A stretch of DNA of 64,000 bases from Octopus vulgaris (lineage: Eukaryota). Where the stretch lies: contig OX597839.1 of the NCBI GenBank assembly GCA_951406725.2, forward strand, positions 38,130,001-38,194,000, written 5' to 3'. Below the pieces are notes generated by a model. The model ran no database searches, was not told the origin of the DNA, and worked only from the letters and a program-made list of their open reading frames with translations. Shown piece after piece: positions 57,681-64,000 of this stretch (positions are counted from its first letter, which is position 1; each line of letters starts with the position of its first letter). The translations under genes were made by a program, and so were the position numbers.

Positions 57681-58760
57681 ATATATATATATATATATAT
57701 ATTTCCCCGAAAGGATGAAAGGCAAAGTCGACCTCGGCGGAATTTGAACTCAGAATGTAACGGCAGACGAAATACCGCTAAGCATTTCAACCGACGTGCT
57801 GACGTTTCTGCCAACTCGCCGCCTTATTCATACGATATAACTGGGCAATGACATATATATAATCATGCACTTTATGTGCACGAAGGAAAGGAAAACTACT
57901 CAATTCTTTTTGTAGAATATATATCTATAATATTTATGTATACACTCTTAGATTCATAGAGACATATACACGTATACAGGCAAAAGACACACACACATAC
58001 ACACCTGCTTGTATATATGCATATACGAGAATAGGTGTTTATATATGCACACAAATGAGCGAGTGTGCAAGATGGTGTGCGTGTGCGTAAGTGTGTGTGT
58101 GTGCGTATGTGCGTGCGTGCGTGTGGTGTGTGAGTGTGCCCGCCTGTGCATGCGTGCGTGTGTAATCAAATTTATTTTCATACAACCTTTTAACCCATAC
58201 TTCCAACATATTTAACCTTATATCAAAATAAGGCAAAACAAAAATGCTTTGTCGTCGATGTTAACGACGTTCATTTTGTGGCGGTAAGGATAATAAAATG
58301 GCGGCCGGCTGGGTGGGCGAAAATAGAAGAACAATAACAGAAAGGAAAACAATTTCTCTTTGAAGAGATTCCAAACTTTATTATTGAATTCTATCCCGAA
58401 GTAGGCGTTACCTAGTTCTTCAAAATGCCGTGCGGAAAATATAGCTTGTAGCGAACTTCACTGGATTGACATGGCGGATTTCTTGTCGATTAAATTTTCA
58501 CCTAAGTAGAACACTTTATGCCTGTATAACCTTTATATATCATGGCTCTCATTTGTAAGTTATGCCCGCAATCGGTATTAAATATTCGTGCCGCATGGCG
58601 CTGTATTCCTATCCCTCACGTATTACTCCCCATTAAACTTAGTTTGGAATTAAAAGTTGCAGGTTCGAGTTCTCAAATATGTATGTATGTATATATGTAT
58701 GTGTAAGTGTATATATGTACATTAATATATATTTGCATATACACAGATACACACACACAC

Positions 58761-58814
<54 letters not shown>

Positions 58815-59041
58815 GTATATGTATATATATATATACATACACATATATGTACATATATATATATAGGTACATACACTATGTAAGGGAATTATATGTATCT
58901 CTCTCATTCTCTCCCTCTCCTTCTTTCTCTCTCTCTCTCTCTATCTACATATATATATTGTATATATTCCATGTGAAAAGTAAGAGAAGAATTCATACAT
59001 ACTTGTATAAAAATATATGCATGTATACATATATATATATC

Positions 59042-59086
<45 letters not shown>

Positions 59087-59568
59087 GTGCCTACATATAT
59101 GTAATATAAACAAATATTTTAGCGTGTATGTACGTATTTATGTATGTGTGAGAGTATACATACATTCCTACACATGCACAGCAAATAAATACACACACAC
59201 GCGCGCGCGCGCGCAACATATATACCTACATCTATACCATCATCTACCAAGGGATATTATCTTAACGGAAAATAAAAAGAAAACAGTAAGATATATATAT
59301 AAAAAAAAACTACAAAAATGTAAAAAAGGAAGACTTGAATTTTTTGAAGCTATTTCGTATTCACCTAGTCTAAAACTGCCTCCGCTCACACACTAAATAC
59401 TAAATACTAAATACTAAATACTAAACAAATACTTGAAATAATACTAAGACAAAAAAAACAGTAACTGTTACACATAACAAAGTTTCGACTTTGCATGACT
59501 AAATCTTCAGGAATTTTCACTTTGACGCTTATTTTCAGCTTCTTTTTTTTAATGTTTTTTTGTTGTTG

Positions 59569-60200
<632 letters not shown>

Positions 60201-60433
60201 AAGGGCGCTGGGCTAGGCAGAGTCGTTAGCGCCCTTGGAGAAAATGTTTAGCGCTGGTATCTAAGTCCGTCTTAACGTTCCTCTTTCAAATTCTACCCAG
60301 GTGGAGTTTGCCTGTCATAAAACATTGGGAGTGGGGGAGGTCAATAAAATAAGTACCTGATGGGATCTGCGGTGGATGTAATCGATTTGGGCCCTCGCCC
60401 TAAACTAGCTGGCCTTGCGCCAAAATTTGAAAG

Positions 60434-60494
<61 letters not shown>

Positions 60495-60687
60495 ATTATT
60501 ATTATTATTGAGTGAGAGAGCAGTGCATGCCATCAAAGTGACCGGGGTAAAATATGCGAAATAACCCATCATGACTACCTGTCTAATAAGGGTACACTAG
60601 GCACATGCATCACAACCATATGTGCGCGACTTGGTGATCTCATATCAAGATAAACAGCGCATGACCTTGCAGGTGGGGCCCAGTTAG

Positions 60688-60765
<78 letters not shown>

Positions 60766-60767
<2 letters not shown>

Positions 60768-61057
60768 GCTTGACTTTTGCTATATATTTGTACAAGTTGG
60801 CTCCAAGTCTCACCCAGAGACCTCAAGAGACAACAGGCTGGAAGTTCATGTTATTGTTTTGCCTAGTGTGCCATATATTTGGGTTTTTTTGGTGTCGTAC
60901 TAGTGAATGTCAAAAAAAAAAAAAAACGAAACTTACGTTTGTTTTAAACCCTGAGATTACATAGAAAGTATTTTGCGTAGGATATGAGCAGTTCCCATGA
61001 GCACTATCTTTTGAATTTCTGCCATTTTTGGGTTTCCTGGTATCTGAGTTAGGTAGC
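60766..61057 (-). mobile_element. R4/Dong-clade 3' end inserted between (ATT)n and (AAT)n tracts
   Basis: Minus strand YLTQIPGNPKMAEIQKIVLMGTAHILRKILSM*. Confidence 0.8.
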
Positions 61058-61167
<110 letters not shown>

Positions 61168-61403
61168 ATATTATTATTATTATTATTAATCATCATCATC
61201 ATCATCATCATCATCCTTATCATCCTCATCCTCATCATCATTATATTCATCATCATCAATTATTATTATTATAATTATTATTATTGTTATTATTATTATT
61301 ATTTTTATCATTATCATCATAATTATTATTATTGTTATTATTATTATTATTTTTATTATTATCATCATCATCATCATCATTATCATCGTCATCATCAACA
61401 TCA

Positions 61404-61446
<43 letters not shown>

Positions 61447-61499
61447 CATCATCATTATTATTATCATCATCATCATCATTATCGTCATCGTTATTATTA

Positions 61500-61539
<40 letters not shown>

Positions 61540-62348
61540 CATCATCATCATCATTATCATCATCCTCACCCTCATCATCATCATTATCATTATTTTCATT
61601 ATTATTATTATTATTATTATCATCATCATCATTATTAATATTTTTACTGTTGTAGTAGTTGTGAATGTTATCCTTCTTAACTACTTAGATAATTCGTAGA
61701 TGCGAGGTAGTTATAGCTGCTTTTTTTGCCAAGTTGAGTGACCACGTGGATGTTTTGGTTATTATTAATGTCGCGTTTGTTGTTTTCTTTTTTCGTTCTG
61801 TCGTTTTATTCATTTATATTTTTTTTATATTTTTCGGAAAAATATCCTTTTTCATTTTGCTCTGTTTTGTTTTTGTAATAACAACAACAAGAAAAGATAA
61901 AAAATAACAACAGCAATTGTAACTGCAACAATAGCATCATAAACGACAACATACCCACAGGAAAATTTTTCGTAACTTAACGGTCCGACAAAAGTAACTC
62001 AATAGAATAAGTATAAATATATAAAAAAAAATTAATGAGCACCCGTGGGATAGGGAAGGGCATTTGTTCGGCTAAATCATTCAAGGCGGTGCTCCAGCAT
62101 GGTCACCGTCCAAAGGTTCCTCGGAGTCATTGAAATGACGGACAACCATGCGATTTTAAATACTATCCTAAGTAAACATGCACTTCCTATATTAGTGGGC
62201 AAGTGTCTTTCACTATAGCTTTGGGTCGGCCAAAGCCTTGTGAGTGGACTTGGTAGACGGAGGCTGTAAGAAGCCTTGTTTGTCCCCTCTATGTTTAGCC
62301 CCTTGTGGACAATAAAGGAAAAAATAGGAAACTGTAAGAAGCCCGTTG

Positions 62349-62379
<31 letters not shown>

Positions 62380-62492
62380 GCGAGGATGATCCGGTTCTTG
62401 ACTGAAGATTGAAGGCTTCGAATGTCCCGTCCGTGTTTTTTGTATCGTCTTCTAAATGTTTTGCGTTCTTGTCCCAGTTTGTATTTTTTTAC

Positions 62493-62559
<67 letters not shown>

Positions 62560-62672
62560 AAAAGGAGATGTGGAACACGAGTTGTGATATATAAAAAAAA
62601 GAAATGAAGAAATGCTGACAAAATAATTTAAGTAAGGGAGAGTGTATTAATTATTGAGTTCGTTGCCATTGT

Positions 62673-62799
62673 TTGCTTATCAAAAGATATATTTTTAAAG
62701 AGATAGATTCCTTCGATAGATTTTTTCTCTTATCTGAGAAAAGAGAAAAAATCTATCAGAAGGAACTCTATCTCTTTTAAAAATATCTTTGATAAGCAA
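62673..62799. repeat. Imperfect hairpin (~58-bp arms)
   Basis: ttgcttatcaaa...gatagattttttctctt / aagagaaaaaatctatc...tttgataagcaa. Confidence 0.85.
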
Positions 62800-62868
62800 C
62801 AAAGAACGAAGAACTTCACTAATTAAATACACTCTCCACTTAAATTATTTTGTCAGCATTTTCATTTC

Positions 62869-62910
<42 letters not shown>

Positions 62911-63703
62911 TTATAAATTATATCAAATATTTATATATGCGTATGTGTATCTCCGCGTGTGTGTGTGTGTGTGCGAGTGTGTGTGCGTGCGTGTCTCTGT
63001 GTCTGTGTTTCTCCCCCTTCACTGCTTTACAACCCGTGTTGGTATGTTTACGTCCGCTAATCTAATCTAGCGGTTCTGCAAAAGAGATCGATAGAATAAA
63101 TACTAAGCTGTAAAAAAATAATTGCAGGAGTCGATTTGTTCGACTAAAGCCCTTGAAGGTGGTGCCCCAGCATGGCCGAAAACAATACATATAGATCTTT
63201 CGAGCAGCGGAGACACAATGTGTTACGATACATAACTTATACATGACTTATCGCGCTGGTTTACTGTTTGTTATAAACTATATATCACAAAATAACTGAC
63301 ATAGGTTTCTGTGATTGCTTTAATAAAGTAGTGCACCCCAGAACACATACGTAACACATTCGCTGATCTGTAAATACTCGAACGTTTTTTCTGAAAATAA
63401 CTGGATGTTGCCAAAGTTTGTGTTATATAGAGAGAATAGTCGAGATTCCGGAAAGAATAACAGTTTGGCATTATAAGACATATCTGAGTTCCGGCTTCTT
63501 AAAATAACAACCCGAACCCAACACAGACACCTACCGCCAACAGACAAACAGATAGGCAGACAGACAGGCAGACAGACAACGTAATACAGAGAAATGCTTT
63601 TCAGACGTCTTTGCGCGTATCAACAGTCAAAAACAAACCTGGATACCTATATGTATGTGAGTGTGTGTGTGTAAGTGTATAATGCATGCATGTATGTATA
63701 TAA

Positions 63704-63751
<48 letters not shown>

Positions 63752-64000
63752 CTATCTATATATGTGTATATATATATATATATGTATATATAGATATATG
63801 TGTGTGTGTATTCCTTGTGTGTACGTATGTGTGTATGTATGCATATGTGTGTATCACTGTTATGCTTATATATCAAATTTCAATGTAGGCGGTGCTCCAG
63901 CATGGCCACAGTCAAATGACTGAAACAAGCAGAAGAATAATACTAAATAATACTAAATCGAATTTTTCCCTGTAAGTTTGGAGCTATACTCCCTAATATT

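Overview
Eukaryotic, AT-rich, microsatellite-saturated genomic DNA, most likely an octopus or other cephalopod (inferred from recalled SINE families and repeat landscape; not provable from this window). It holds the 5' part of one + strand nitric oxide synthase gene of the PDZ-containing, nNOS-like type. Ten GT-AG coding exons (96-1325, 3628-3770, 5012-5174, 25670-25761, 28853-28994, 31589-31728, 35615-35789, 47994-48095, 50186-50380, 56509-56609) join in frame to 2483 nt (~827 aa). They encode PDZ + beta-finger, a long linker, the Zn-binding CxxxxC, the full oxygenase domain and the start of the calmodulin-binding helix. No reductase exons were found in the window. Almost all other ORFs in the track are microsatellite artefacts. 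Introns contain three tRNA-type SINE families, a DD41D mariner relic, R4/Dong-, Tx1- and CR1-group LINE 3' ends, and higher-order trinucleotide arrays. Main unexpected observation: about 20 type-I hammerhead-ribozyme-like motifs from many distinct short repeat families, read by eye on both strands. Most sit next to (TA)n tracts or inside inverted-repeat elements. They include canonical cores, natural 3-8 covariants (G3-C8, U3-A8) and recurrent U4C and A6U variants, suggesting a diverse population of non-autonomous Penelope-like/retrozyme-like elements. Ribozyme activity and novelty are untested inferences.
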